Positions 9,104 to 18,421 of a DNA stretch of 56,207 bases are shown one piece after another (positions within the stretch are counted from its first letter, which is position 1; each line of letters starts with the position of its first letter). The notes under the pieces were generated by a model. That model saw only the letters and a program-made list of their open reading frames with translations, was not told the DNA's origin and ran no database searches. This stretch comes from Actinomycetota bacterium (lineage in GTDB: Bacteria; Actinomycetota; Aquicultoria; Aquicultorales; JAMCWL01). The position numbers and the translations under genes are program-made. The DNA lies in contig JAMCWL010000089.1 in assembly GCA_023481285.1 (NCBI GenBank), forward strand, positions 1 through 56,207. Direction: 5' to 3'.

Positions 9104-9687
9104 TATCCCCCCCCTGTGATTACCCGGGCCGCCTCGTATAGATTTGGAGCGATATAATCGGGTTTGACCCCCAACTCGGCGGACTTGCGGCAGATGTCGC
9201 ACTTCTCGGTGCCGACGAGAATGGTCTTGCAGCCGGCTTTCAGCCCTGCTTCTATATCCGTCAGACCGTCGCCGATCAAGAAGGACTCTTCCAGTTCGAA
9301 ACCGTTCTCTTCCGCCGCCTTGGTTAGCAAACCGGATTTAGGCTTTCGACAGGAGCAATCACCCCTGTATCTCTCGTCAACGCCTTCGGGATGGTGCAGG
9401 CAGTAGTAGACCCCATCCAGATAGCAACCGAGCTTTCTCAGTACTCTCTGCATCTTTCGGTCGATTTGATCGAAGAGCGCCTTGCTTATCTTGCCCTTCG
9501 CTATGCCCGGTTGATTGGAGGCCAGTACTATCGGAATCCCTGCTCTATTCATCATCTGTATCCCCTCGGCCACCCCGGGCATGAGGGAAAACTGATCCGG
9601 GTTTAGCGGAGAGTCGTACACTCCGTGCTCGGCGTCGTATATCAACGGATTCAACACTCCGTCCCTATCGAGAAAGACCGCTTTCAC
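9103..9687 (-). CDS. gmhB: Heptose-1,7-bisphosphate phosphatase family (HAD-IIIA)
   Basis: FLDRDGVLN, SNQPG, YCLHHP...CSCRKPKSG, IGDGLTD motifs. Confidence 0.88.
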   Translation of the reverse strand: MKAVFLDRDGVLNPLIYDAEHGVYDSPLNPDQFSLMPGVAEGIQMMNRAGIPIVLASNQPGIAKGKISKALFDQIDRKMQRVLRKLGCYLDGVYYCLHHPEGVDERYRGDCSCRKPKSGLLTKAAEENGFELEESFLIGDGLTDIEAGLKAGCKTILVGTEKCDICRKSAELGVKPDYIAPNLYEAARVITGGG

Positions 9688-10303
9688 GAGACTCCTTTAT
9701 CAGGTCGTGCAGTCGAGAGCAGATCAGATGTTCGAGCGCGAGATGGAGCGATTCCGCGTGTGGCGTAGAGTCGCACGGAACGATGACGCAGGTGTCCGCC
9801 ATGGTTTTCATCGCGCCTCCATCAAACCCGGCGAACCCCATCGACTTGGCCCCACGCGCTTTGGCGAGTTCGATCGCGCGTAGGATGTTTTGAGACCACG
9901 CCGACGCGTTCCCCTTGCCGGATCCCCCATGCACGCTCAACGCCACGACCACGTCGTCGGCTTCGAGAAGAGCATCGAGTTGCTCGTCGTAGATCTTCTC
10001 GAAACCCTCATCATTCGTTAACGCGCTAACCAATGGGATGTTGTCGACCAAGCTGATCACCTTAAAGCGTTTTTCTCCGGGAACAATCGTGGTTTTGGTA
10101 AGATCGCAAGCAAAGTGAGTCGCGGTCGAGGCCGAACCACCGTTACCAAGGATAAAGACTTTGCGATCGAGAAGCCACGTTTGGTAGAGCATCTCGATGG
10201 CGCGGTCGACCTGCGCCCTGTCGATTCTCCCGATAATCGCGGTCATTTCATTCAAGTACTCGTCGATCGTCGATAAATTGGCGGTCGCGACGTTTTCTTT
10301 CAT
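9665..10303 (-). CDS. gmhA: Phosphoheptose isomerase family (SIS)
   Basis: GNGGSASTATHFACDL, ALTNDEG, GFDGG, ESLHLALEH motifs. Confidence 0.85.
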   Translation of the reverse strand: MKENVATANLSTIDEYLNEMTAIIGRIDRAQVDRAIEMLYQTWLLDRKVFILGNGGSASTATHFACDLTKTTIVPGEKRFKVISLVDNIPLVSALTNDEGFEKIYDEQLDALLEADDVVVALSVHGGSGKGNASAWSQNILRAIELAKARGAKSMGFAGFDGGAMKTMADTCVIVPCDSTPHAESLHLALEHLICSRLHDLIKESRESGLSR

Positions 10304-10337
10304 AACGCTCTCCTTGAAACCTTCGAAAGCTTTCCGA

Positions 10338-11324
10338 TTAGAAATCGACCAAAACCTTCGCGCCTTCGGGTTCGAACCTGAAAGGTAGTTCTCGCAGACC
10401 CTCGGAGACCAGGACCGACCTCAACTTCAGCATGCTTCCATTGGCGAAGAAAGCCATGAACCCGCCTCCTCCGGCTCCAACGAGCTTTCCTCCCTCGGCG
10501 CCGTTCGCTTTAGCCAATCCGTAGAGGTCGATTATTTCCCGGTCCGCAATCGCGTCCGAGAGCTTGATCTTCGCCTGCCAATGAGCATCGAACAGCGCCC
10601 CCAAGTTTTCGATGCGTTCCTCTTCCAAAAGAGTTTTTATTCTGATCCCGACCTCTTTTATCTCGTGCAGGCTGTCGATCACCCGGCTATCGTTTATCTT
10701 TGTCGAATTGTCTTGCTTCCTCAGCACTTCGACGCTTCTTCTAATCCGGCCGGTGTAAAACAGGGTCAGATGATTCTCCATTTCACGAACGACCTCCGGC
10801 GAGATATTCGTTGCACGGACATCGACGACATTATCGCGACCGATCTCCAAAGCCACCAGGCCGCCGAAGGCTGCCACGTACTGATCGTGCTTGCCTATCG
10901 GATGGCCCAGGATGTCGATTTCAATCGTAGCTGCTTCTTTCGCCAATACCTCCGCCGGGACCGACTCCTTTTTAAAAGTATGCAGCGCGAGGAGAAGGGC
11001 GACCAAGAAAGCTCCGGACGATCCGAGGCCTGTTCCGTCCGGCACATCGGCCATCGCGGTGATCTCTATGCCCTTGTCTATGCCGGTAAGCTTCAAGGCC
11101 TCTCTTATCAACTCGTTTTGTATGTCGTCGACCGTCGAGACCGTTTCGGAACGCGAATACTTCAACCGGATGAAGTCGTCGGCTTGGGGACGATTGACGC
11201 TTATGTAGATAAACTTGTCTATCGCCGAACTTAAAACAAAGCCCCCGAAGCGCGATGCGTACGAAACGATGTCCGTTCCACCTCCTCCTAGCGGCAACCT
11301 CAAGGGAGCTCTCGTGACTATCAA
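10338..11324 (-). CDS. hddA: GHMP sugar kinase, D-glycero-alpha-D-manno-heptose-7-phosphate kinase family
   Basis: RAPLRLPLGGGGTD, PDGTGLGSSG, GKHDQY, GKLVGAGGGG motifs; RBS AAAGGAGG. Confidence 0.88.
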   Translation of the reverse strand: MIVTRAPLRLPLGGGGTDIVSYASRFGGFVLSSAIDKFIYISVNRPQADDFIRLKYSRSETVSTVDDIQNELIREALKLTGIDKGIEITAMADVPDGTGLGSSGAFLVALLLALHTFKKESVPAEVLAKEAATIEIDILGHPIGKHDQYVAAFGGLVALEIGRDNVVDVRATNISPEVVREMENHLTLFYTGRIRRSVEVLRKQDNSTKINDSRVIDSLHEIKEVGIRIKTLLEEERIENLGALFDAHWQAKIKLSDAIADREIIDLYGLAKANGAEGGKLVGAGGGGFMAFFANGSMLKLRSVLVSEGLRELPFRFEPEGAKVLVDF

Positions 11325-11625
11325 AACGCCTCCTTTCGAATTATCAACGAGACAAAATGCGACCTAACCAGATAGGCGGCCGCGTTCTACAAACTGAACA
11401 TATCGGAAGATTTTTCCTTGTTACCAAAGAAATGTCACATCCAAACTTATTTCAAATAAAATCTTTCATGCCATCCGATAGACCGTTAGAGGGGACACTT
11501 TTCGGGTATTACAGCAACACGGCGAATTACCTTTGCGAGAAAGCGCAATTCAAATACGATACGGAACCGTCCGACCAACCCCCGCCGCTCTTTTAATTCT
11601 TCGGATCACCTTACGGGAGAATATT

Positions 11626-12915
11626 TTGCGAATCGTTAAAGACACGCTACTCGTATTCAGCGGAGATTTTGTCGTCGGTTTAACGGCGCTGACTGTTAAC
11701 GTCATTATTTCGAGAAACTTGGGCGTTTCCGGTTTCGGAATATTCTCCACCGTCACCAGCGTTTTGTTGATTGCGAGTAGCGTGGCCGACTTCGGTCTTG
11801 GTACCAGCTTGGTCAGATTCACCGGCCTCTATCGCCAAGAGAATCGAGACTTGATTGACAGTCTTACCGCGGTCGCTTTTCGGCTGATGTTTATCGCCGG
11901 GGCCGTCGTCGCCGCGGTCGTCTTCCTCGCAGCACCCCTTATGTCGAGGTTTCTCTCCGCCGGCGGCGAGTTGGCGTATCTAATAAGGCTGGTTGCCTTC
12001 GGCGTCTTCGGCACGACGTTAACGATGGCCGTGCTATCTATCTTACAGGCCGACGAGTCCTTTAAGCGCTACGCGGCGATAAATATATTCACCGCGATGT
12101 CTAAATTTCTCATAATAATAACGCTCCTTTTAAGTCGTTGGCTCACGACGTTCAGCGCTGTCCTCGTCTTTTCTTTCGTTCCTTTACTCGTCTCAACCTT
12201 CGGATTGATGCACATTCGCTCGAGAATACCGCTGCGCCCCACCTTACGCTTGCCGAAAAAACTGATCTCGGATTATCTGCATTTCGGGAAATGGGTAATC
12301 ATATCATTTTTGGCGGTTTCCCTGATGACCAGGGTGGATATCATACTGCTGGCCCACTTCAAAAACGCTCGAGCCGTAGGTTTGTATGCCGCGGCACTCC
12401 AACTAAGCATGGTTGTCTATACTCTTGTCGGATCGATAATTCGCGTGATTCTCCCGAAGATCAGCAAGCTGACGCATAAAGATCAATACATCAACTTCGT
12501 CAAGAAGTCGTTGGCCTTTTCGGTCGCGGCTTGCTTGATATTAAGCCCGGTCTTGCTCTTCTCGAAAGAGATTATTATGGCGGTCTACGGAAGCAAATAT
12601 CTCGGGTCGTTGAACCAGTTCAGGCTGCTCTTCTTCACCTTCTTGCTTTTCCCGCTTTTTCAGCCAGTGACGATCGTCGTCTATGCCATCGGCAAGCCCT
12701 TCATAATGACGCTCACGCACATCGCTCAGCTTCTGGTCAGCATTGCGAGCAACTTGGTGCTCATCCCGATTTACGCGGGTTACGGAGCGGCGATCACATG
12801 GCTGATGGTCAATCTTTTGGGCACGGTCTTTATGGTTGGATATATTTTGTTGACCATCTATCGAAGCAACGAGCTAGTCGTCAAAGGAGAGTATCAATTC
12901 AATGTCCAACAATAA
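11626..12915 (+). CDS. wzx: Polysaccharide flippase (Wzx family)
   Basis: Multi-TM; ADFGL, VDIILL, VGLYAAA and LIPIYAGYGAA motifs; RBS GGGAG before TTG 11626. Confidence 0.88.
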   Translation: MRIVKDTLLVFSGDFVVGLTALTVNVIISRNLGVSGFGIFSTVTSVLLIASSVADFGLGTSLVRFTGLYRQENRDLIDSLTAVAFRLMFIAGAVVAAVVFLAAPLMSRFLSAGGELAYLIRLVAFGVFGTTLTMAVLSILQADESFKRYAAINIFTAMSKFLIIITLLLSRWLTTFSAVLVFSFVPLLVSTFGLMHIRSRIPLRPTLRLPKKLISDYLHFGKWVIISFLAVSLMTRVDIILLAHFKNARAVGLYAAALQLSMVVYTLVGSIIRVILPKISKLTHKDQYINFVKKSLAFSVAACLILSPVLLFSKEIIMAVYGSKYLGSLNQFRLLFFTFLLFPLFQPVTIVVYAIGKPFIMTLTHIAQLLVSIASNLVLIPIYAGYGAAITWLMVNLLGTVFMVGYILLTIYRSNELVVKGEYQFNVQQ

Positions 12916-13645
12916 AGCCGCCTGGGATGACTTTTGGAGAAAGAGCGACGGCTTCCGCCACGAAGACGTATATTCACTCATCAACAAGGCAAAATTCGAC
13001 TATTTGAAGAGCCTAATCCCGCCGAAGGGCAGGTCGCTCGAGGTGGGGGCCGGAGAAGCTCATCTATCGGCTTACTTGGCGAAGATCGGTTATGAGACAA
13101 CCGCTCTTGACTACTCCGAAGAGGCGCTAAAGCTGGCCGAGACGAACTTCGAGCGACAGGGGGTCACCGGCAATTTCGTCGTCGGAGATGCGTTTGGGTT
13201 GCCGTTCGAAGACCGCTCATTCGACCTGGTATTCTCCACTGGTTTGCTCGAGCATTACGAGGACCCGTCGCCTATCGTTCGGGAGATGGTACGTCTTGTC
13301 GAACCCGGCGGACTCTTCTTCTCGGATATCGTGCCGGACAAGTTCTCCCTGCTGAGAGCTTTTAAGAGCTGGAGAAGGCAGCCGGACGGTATGGATGGTT
13401 TCTACGAACGTGGCTTCAGGAAGGAGGAGATCGAGAAGATTTTGGCGGACGCGAGACTCCATGAGGTCGAGGTCATTCCCGCCGGCGTCTACCCCCCTGA
13501 ACTCCCGCTGCTCCACCGGTCGGCGACCTATCGCCGGCTGGAGCACGCGTTCCTGACGTTCACGGGCCCTTTTTGGAAGAGACTCGATCGCACGATGATC
13601 GCGGAGTGGCTCGGTTTTTACTACTTGGCCCACGGAGTTAAGTAG
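12902..13645 (+). CDS. Class I SAM-dependent methyltransferase
   Basis: LEVGAGEA, GDAFGLPFEDRSFDLV, GLLEHY motifs. Confidence 0.88.
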   Translation: MSNNKAAWDDFWRKSDGFRHEDVYSLINKAKFDYLKSLIPPKGRSLEVGAGEAHLSAYLAKIGYETTALDYSEEALKLAETNFERQGVTGNFVVGDAFGLPFEDRSFDLVFSTGLLEHYEDPSPIVREMVRLVEPGGLFFSDIVPDKFSLLRAFKSWRRQPDGMDGFYERGFRKEEIEKILADARLHEVEVIPAGVYPPELPLLHRSATYRRLEHAFLTFTGPFWKRLDRTMIAEWLGFYYLAHGVK

Positions 13646-13650
13646 AAGTC

Positions 13651-15159
13651 ATGACTAGAATCGGATTGATTTTCCCCTGCACAAACCCGGCATGGCAGGG
13701 TGCCGAGATCGACCGCTGGGATTACAAAGGGGTCCCGATCGGATTGCTGAGCGTCGCCTCCTACCTGGACGCCATCGGTCATTCGGTACGGATTATCGAC
13801 ACTATGATGTACTCCAAGAAAGAAGTCGACCAAAAAATAGATAATCTAACCGGTTGGGCTGATGTAATCGGATTCTCCGTCATGACAACTCAAGTCAGGC
13901 ATGCCTTGACGCTCTCGGACCGCATCAAGAGAGCGGCGCCGCAGACGCCGGTAGTCTGGGGCGGCATACACCCCACGCTCTTCCCCGAGCAATCGGAGGC
14001 CGACTCCTCGGTCGACTATGTCGTCTATGGGGAAGGCGAGCGGGCGATAGCTGATTTAACTGCTTTCTTGGCCACCGGTAAGCCCGACCTGGGCGAGATC
14101 CCGAACCTCGTGTACAAGAACGGAAATGAGGTTAAAAAGAACCCCGCCGGAGGTCTGTGTGACGTCAATCGATTGCCGAAACTAGCTTATCACCTGTTGG
14201 ACATAGACAAGTACATCGATCGATCCTTGCTCGGCAGGCCTGTTCGAGGATTGGATATCCTGACGAGCCGGGGCTGTCCGTACCGGTGTTCTTTTTGCGC
14301 CAACACCATCTTGCTCGGCAGAAAGTGGAGACCCCGCGATCTGGACGCGGTCTTCGCCGAGATCGATGAGCTCGTATCCGCATATCGGCTCGATAATCTC
14401 TGGATAATGGATGATTACTTTTTTGGAAACCGTCACAGATCTCACCTGATCGCGCAGCATATTATCGATAAAGGTTACAAGCTGGCTTGGGAAGCGAACA
14501 TAAGGGCAAACGATCTGGCCACAGAACGAATGGACGGTGATTTTTTAAAGGTTATGGAGCAGAGCGGTCTTGCTGGCCTAAAAATCGGCGCCGAGTCCGG
14601 ATCGGATGAAATTCTTAAACTACTGGAAAAAGACATCACCGTGAAGCAGATAGTGGCAGCCGTCGACCGCTGCCGCAACTATCAGATTATCCCTTATCTC
14701 TACTTTATGCACGGCATACCTGGAGAAAGCATCGATAATATTAAAAAGACAAGTTATTTCATGTTCCAGCTTAAAAAGCGCTACCCTGAGGTGGTCCTTA
14801 ACGGACCGGGGGTATTTCGCCCTTATCCCGGCAGCAAACTATATCAGCGATGCGTTGAAGCTGGTTTTCGTACTCCTGCTTCGCTACGCGGTTGGGCTCA
14901 GCGAGATTTGGGCGCCAATTATCTGTCTACCTATACTTTGCCTTGGATTCCCAATCCAGGGCTGGTCGATGATCTGCACTGGTATCTCTACAAGGCCTGT
15001 CGAGAAGATCGCATTCTTAGATATAGATACCTTTGGCCTAGAAAAATACTTGGCTGGATGGCGGGCTGGCGTTTTCGTCATGATTTCTGGAAATTGAGAT
15101 TCGAGCCGCGCTTGGTTGCAGCGGCACGCCGTTTTCGAGATCGATTTCAGGAGGTATGA
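13651..15159 (+). CDS. B12-binding radical SAM enzyme #1
   Basis: PIGLLSVASYL, VWGGIHPT, GEGE, TSRGCPYRCSFC, GAESGS motifs. Confidence 0.92.
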   Translation: MTRIGLIFPCTNPAWQGAEIDRWDYKGVPIGLLSVASYLDAIGHSVRIIDTMMYSKKEVDQKIDNLTGWADVIGFSVMTTQVRHALTLSDRIKRAAPQTPVVWGGIHPTLFPEQSEADSSVDYVVYGEGERAIADLTAFLATGKPDLGEIPNLVYKNGNEVKKNPAGGLCDVNRLPKLAYHLLDIDKYIDRSLLGRPVRGLDILTSRGCPYRCSFCANTILLGRKWRPRDLDAVFAEIDELVSAYRLDNLWIMDDYFFGNRHRSHLIAQHIIDKGYKLAWEANIRANDLATERMDGDFLKVMEQSGLAGLKIGAESGSDEILKLLEKDITVKQIVAAVDRCRNYQIIPYLYFMHGIPGESIDNIKKTSYFMFQLKKRYPEVVLNGPGVFRPYPGSKLYQRCVEAGFRTPASLRGWAQRDLGANYLSTYTLPWIPNPGLVDDLHWYLYKACREDRILRYRYLWPRKILGWMAGWRFRHDFWKLRFEPRLVAAARRFRDRFQEV

Positions 15160-15804
15160 GTGAGCTCGAAACCTTTACGTCCGGCTGTTTCTCGAAATAC
15201 GGAAGCTAGCACGCGGTCATTTCAAGCCAAGTATGCGAGATTGTTCAACCCCGGCCAGACTGTACTCGATATTGGATGTGGTCAAGGAGAATTTCTTGAG
15301 CTTCTGCGTGATCGAGGCATCAACCCCATAGGAGTCGATATATCTGAAGAAGCTCTTTTCGCCTGCCAAAAGAAAGGCCTCGAAATCCATAATGCCGACG
15401 CCTTCGTTTTCTTGACGGCAAACCCACATCGCTTTGACGGTATCTTCGCTTCTCATTTCATTGAGCATTTTACGCCACCGGATGTGCTTCACTTCTTTGA
15501 GCTGTGTGGTAAATCGCTAAAGCCGGGTGGGCTGATAATCATTGTAACTCCGAATACTTCCGATCTAGTCGTTATCACACAATGGTTCTGGCTCGACCCT
15601 ACACACGTCCGTCCCTACCCTATGGAACTGGTCAAGAGCCTTCTAAGCCAGTCGGGTTTTTCTATTGAAACTGCAATGGAGGATAAGCAAACAGTCGGTG
15701 TTCGTGGCATGCGTCAACGCGTCGTCGACTCGATTCGACGGGTAACGACCGTTGGTCTAGCGGGTCGAGGTGACATATTCGTCTCGGCCAGAAAGGAAAA
15801 CTAA
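15160..15804 (+). CDS. Class I SAM-dependent methyltransferase
   Basis: VLDIGCGQGEF, SHFIEH, LKPGG, WLDPTHVRP motifs. Confidence 0.88.
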   Translation: MSSKPLRPAVSRNTEASTRSFQAKYARLFNPGQTVLDIGCGQGEFLELLRDRGINPIGVDISEEALFACQKKGLEIHNADAFVFLTANPHRFDGIFASHFIEHFTPPDVLHFFELCGKSLKPGGLIIIVTPNTSDLVVITQWFWLDPTHVRPYPMELVKSLLSQSGFSIETAMEDKQTVGVRGMRQRVVDSIRRVTTVGLAGRGDIFVSARKEN

Positions 15805-15807
15805 ACC

Positions 15808-16977
15808 GTGCGAATCGCGATAGACATCACGCCATTGCAAAACGGTCATCGCCATCGAGGCGTGGGTGAGTACGCTCGACACTTGCTAAGGAGTCTAGCG
15901 CAAGTAGATAATGTGAATGAATACTTACTACTTGGATATCCAGGCGATCTGTGGGAACTCCCCCACCGTTGCGACAGATTCGAAGTAATCCAGTCGGGAC
16001 CCGTCGGCGATGAAAGTCTATGGTCGCGTCTCAAATGGCACCAATATGCCCTTCCCCGACTACTGACCAAATACAAGGCCGACCTTCTTCACATACTCGT
16101 GCAAAGCTTCGACGTTAATATTCCGGTCTGGTCGCCGGTTCGGCCTGTTGTTACCGTGCACGATCTAAAAGCAAGGTTGTTTCCAAATCTATACTTGAAT
16201 ACTGCAAAGAAACGGCTTTCCTACACAATAATGCTCAATCTAGCTTCCAAGGCTTCTCATATAATCACCGACTCAGAGAGCTCAAAAAGAGACATCGTAC
16301 AAGAGATGGACATCGCCGGAGAAAAAGTCAGCGTAATACCTCTCGCGGCCGACCCCGTCTACTTCTCAAACTCTCCTCGAGCGGCTGGTAAAAAAAGCGA
16401 TGTCGTGGCGAAATACCAGTTGGACTCGGAGTTCATACTATTTGTCGGAGCCATCGAGCCGTCAAAGAACATCGGTACTCTGCTCGGCGCCTATAGTTCG
16501 TTGCTGAAGAGGGGATTCGAGCACCAACTGGTCCTCGTGGGCATAAAGGATTCCAAATACTATCACAGGCTCCAAGAGAACTTCGGAAGATTATTCGGGA
16601 GACAAGTTCGATTCCTCGGATCGGTGCCGCAAAGGGAGCTGCGCGACCTTTACAGGAAAGCATGGTTGTTCGTTTATCCATCGCTATATGAAGGCTTCGG
16701 CCTACCGGTTCTCGAAGCAATGGCATCGGGAACTCCGGTTATCACCAGCAATGTCTCCGCCATTCCCGAAGTCACCGGCGACGCCGCATTGCTTATCGAC
16801 CCCCGAGACAAAGACAAGCTCGCCTTGTATATCTGGAATCTCTACCACGACGGAAAAGCTCGATCCGACCTGGCCAATAAAGGACTGTCTAGAGCCCAGA
16901 ACTTCTCCTGGAATCGCTGTGCTAGACAGACCATCGAGGTCTATCGGCAAGTTATGGAATCGGGGGGCGAGAATTGA
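15808..16977 (+). CDS. GT4 glycosyltransferase
   Basis: VVTVHDL, FVYPSLYEGFGLPVLEAMASGTPV motifs. Confidence 0.92.
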   Translation: MRIAIDITPLQNGHRHRGVGEYARHLLRSLAQVDNVNEYLLLGYPGDLWELPHRCDRFEVIQSGPVGDESLWSRLKWHQYALPRLLTKYKADLLHILVQSFDVNIPVWSPVRPVVTVHDLKARLFPNLYLNTAKKRLSYTIMLNLASKASHIITDSESSKRDIVQEMDIAGEKVSVIPLAADPVYFSNSPRAAGKKSDVVAKYQLDSEFILFVGAIEPSKNIGTLLGAYSSLLKRGFEHQLVLVGIKDSKYYHRLQENFGRLFGRQVRFLGSVPQRELRDLYRKAWLFVYPSLYEGFGLPVLEAMASGTPVITSNVSAIPEVTGDAALLIDPRDKDKLALYIWNLYHDGKARSDLANKGLSRAQNFSWNRCARQTIEVYRQVMESGGEN

Positions 16978-18404
16978 GGTACCAAAGGGTTGCTCTGATA
17001 TCCCCAAGGTATGCGATCGGCCCTAATGCCATAGCCGATCACCCACCTGCTGGCCTAGGATACCTGGCTGAGGCGCTTGAATCCACTGCGGTTGACTACA
17101 TAGTAATCGACCAAAGGCTTGGTTATACCAACCAGGCCTTGTTGTCAATGATAACAGAGTATCGCCCTGATCTAGTGGGGATCAGCATGATGACCTACCT
17201 GCACCAGGATACCTACGCAACCATTGGAGAAATAAAGACCGCCTGCCCGGAGACGGATATCGTCGTCGGCGGTCCCCATGCATCAACTTTGAGAGAGACA
17301 GTCTTAAAGGAATGCCCTGACATCGACTACGCGGTTGTTCTAGAGGGTGAAGGAGCGCTAAAGGAATTATGTCAGGGAATACCCCTTGCCAAAATCAAGG
17401 GACTAATCTATCGAACGAAGAGCGGAATAGTCTTCAATGGTGATCGACCCTTCCAGCACCTGGACGACATGGCTTTCCCCTGCTTTAGCAAGTTTGAGCT
17501 CGATAAGTACCTAACCTCGATGATACCTTTGGTCACCTCCAGGGGGTGCCCGTACAACTGCATCTATTGTCCGGTTGAAAAAGCGATCGGCAAGCGATTT
17601 CGCATGCGCAGCGCGGAAAGCGTTTTTTTGGAGATCAAATACTGGCGCGACCGCAGTTTCAGAGAATATCTCATCCTCGACGATAACTTCACGTTAAATC
17701 CCCGCCGTGTTCTCGAGATCTGCGACTTGGTCAAGGATGACAATCTAAACGATCTCAATTTCGGGCTTCCTAACGGCATTCGTGCCGACAGGATAGATCG
17801 TTCGATGCTGAAAACCATGAAAGACGTCGGCTTTACTAAACTGGCGTTTGGCGTGGAGGCGGGAAATGACAAGGTGCTCTCAGAGATAGACAAGGGCGAG
17901 GGAATCGAGAGGATTGAGGAGTCGATTAGAGCCGCTTGTGAATTAGGGTTCGGAGTAACGCTATTTTTCCTAATCGGCTCGCCCAGTGAGACATGGGAAG
18001 ATTTTATGGACTCAATAAACTTGGCAAGGCGCTATCCCGTCGACGAAGTGAGATTCTACAATCTAATTCCTTTCCCCGGAACCAGACTTTTTGAATGGGT
18101 TAAGGCCAACGACTACCTAGTGCAAGATCCAAGCACCTATTTGAATTCCGCTTCACATTTTACAAATTCGCCATGTTTTGCCACACCGGAAATGTCACTG
18201 AGGGAGAGGCGAAAGGCGTTCAATTTGGCCACAAAGGTCGCTCGTCAAGTTAAGAAGAAGGCGTTAAGTCGGCGTTTAGCCTATTTGGGACCGCTGGCTG
18301 GGTTCGTCGCCGTCGTCTATACAAACCTACGACGACTACGCTATGCGGACCAGGCGATGAGAAAGCTAAGGAGTGCGATTGCAAAGGTTGCATCGGCAGG
18401 ATAG
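16974..18404 (+). CDS. B12-binding radical SAM enzyme #2
   Basis: PAGLGYLA, VVGGPHAS, EGE, TSRGCPYNCIYC, GVEAGN motifs. Confidence 0.92.
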   Translation: MRYQRVALISPRYAIGPNAIADHPPAGLGYLAEALESTAVDYIVIDQRLGYTNQALLSMITEYRPDLVGISMMTYLHQDTYATIGEIKTACPETDIVVGGPHASTLRETVLKECPDIDYAVVLEGEGALKELCQGIPLAKIKGLIYRTKSGIVFNGDRPFQHLDDMAFPCFSKFELDKYLTSMIPLVTSRGCPYNCIYCPVEKAIGKRFRMRSAESVFLEIKYWRDRSFREYLILDDNFTLNPRRVLEICDLVKDDNLNDLNFGLPNGIRADRIDRSMLKTMKDVGFTKLAFGVEAGNDKVLSEIDKGEGIERIEESIRAACELGFGVTLFFLIGSPSETWEDFMDSINLARRYPVDEVRFYNLIPFPGTRLFEWVKANDYLVQDPSTYLNSASHFTNSPCFATPEMSLRERRKAFNLATKVARQVKKKALSRRLAYLGPLAGFVAVVYTNLRRLRYADQAMRKLRSAIAKVASAG

Positions 18405-18421
18405 AGGTCGAGAAAGGGGGC

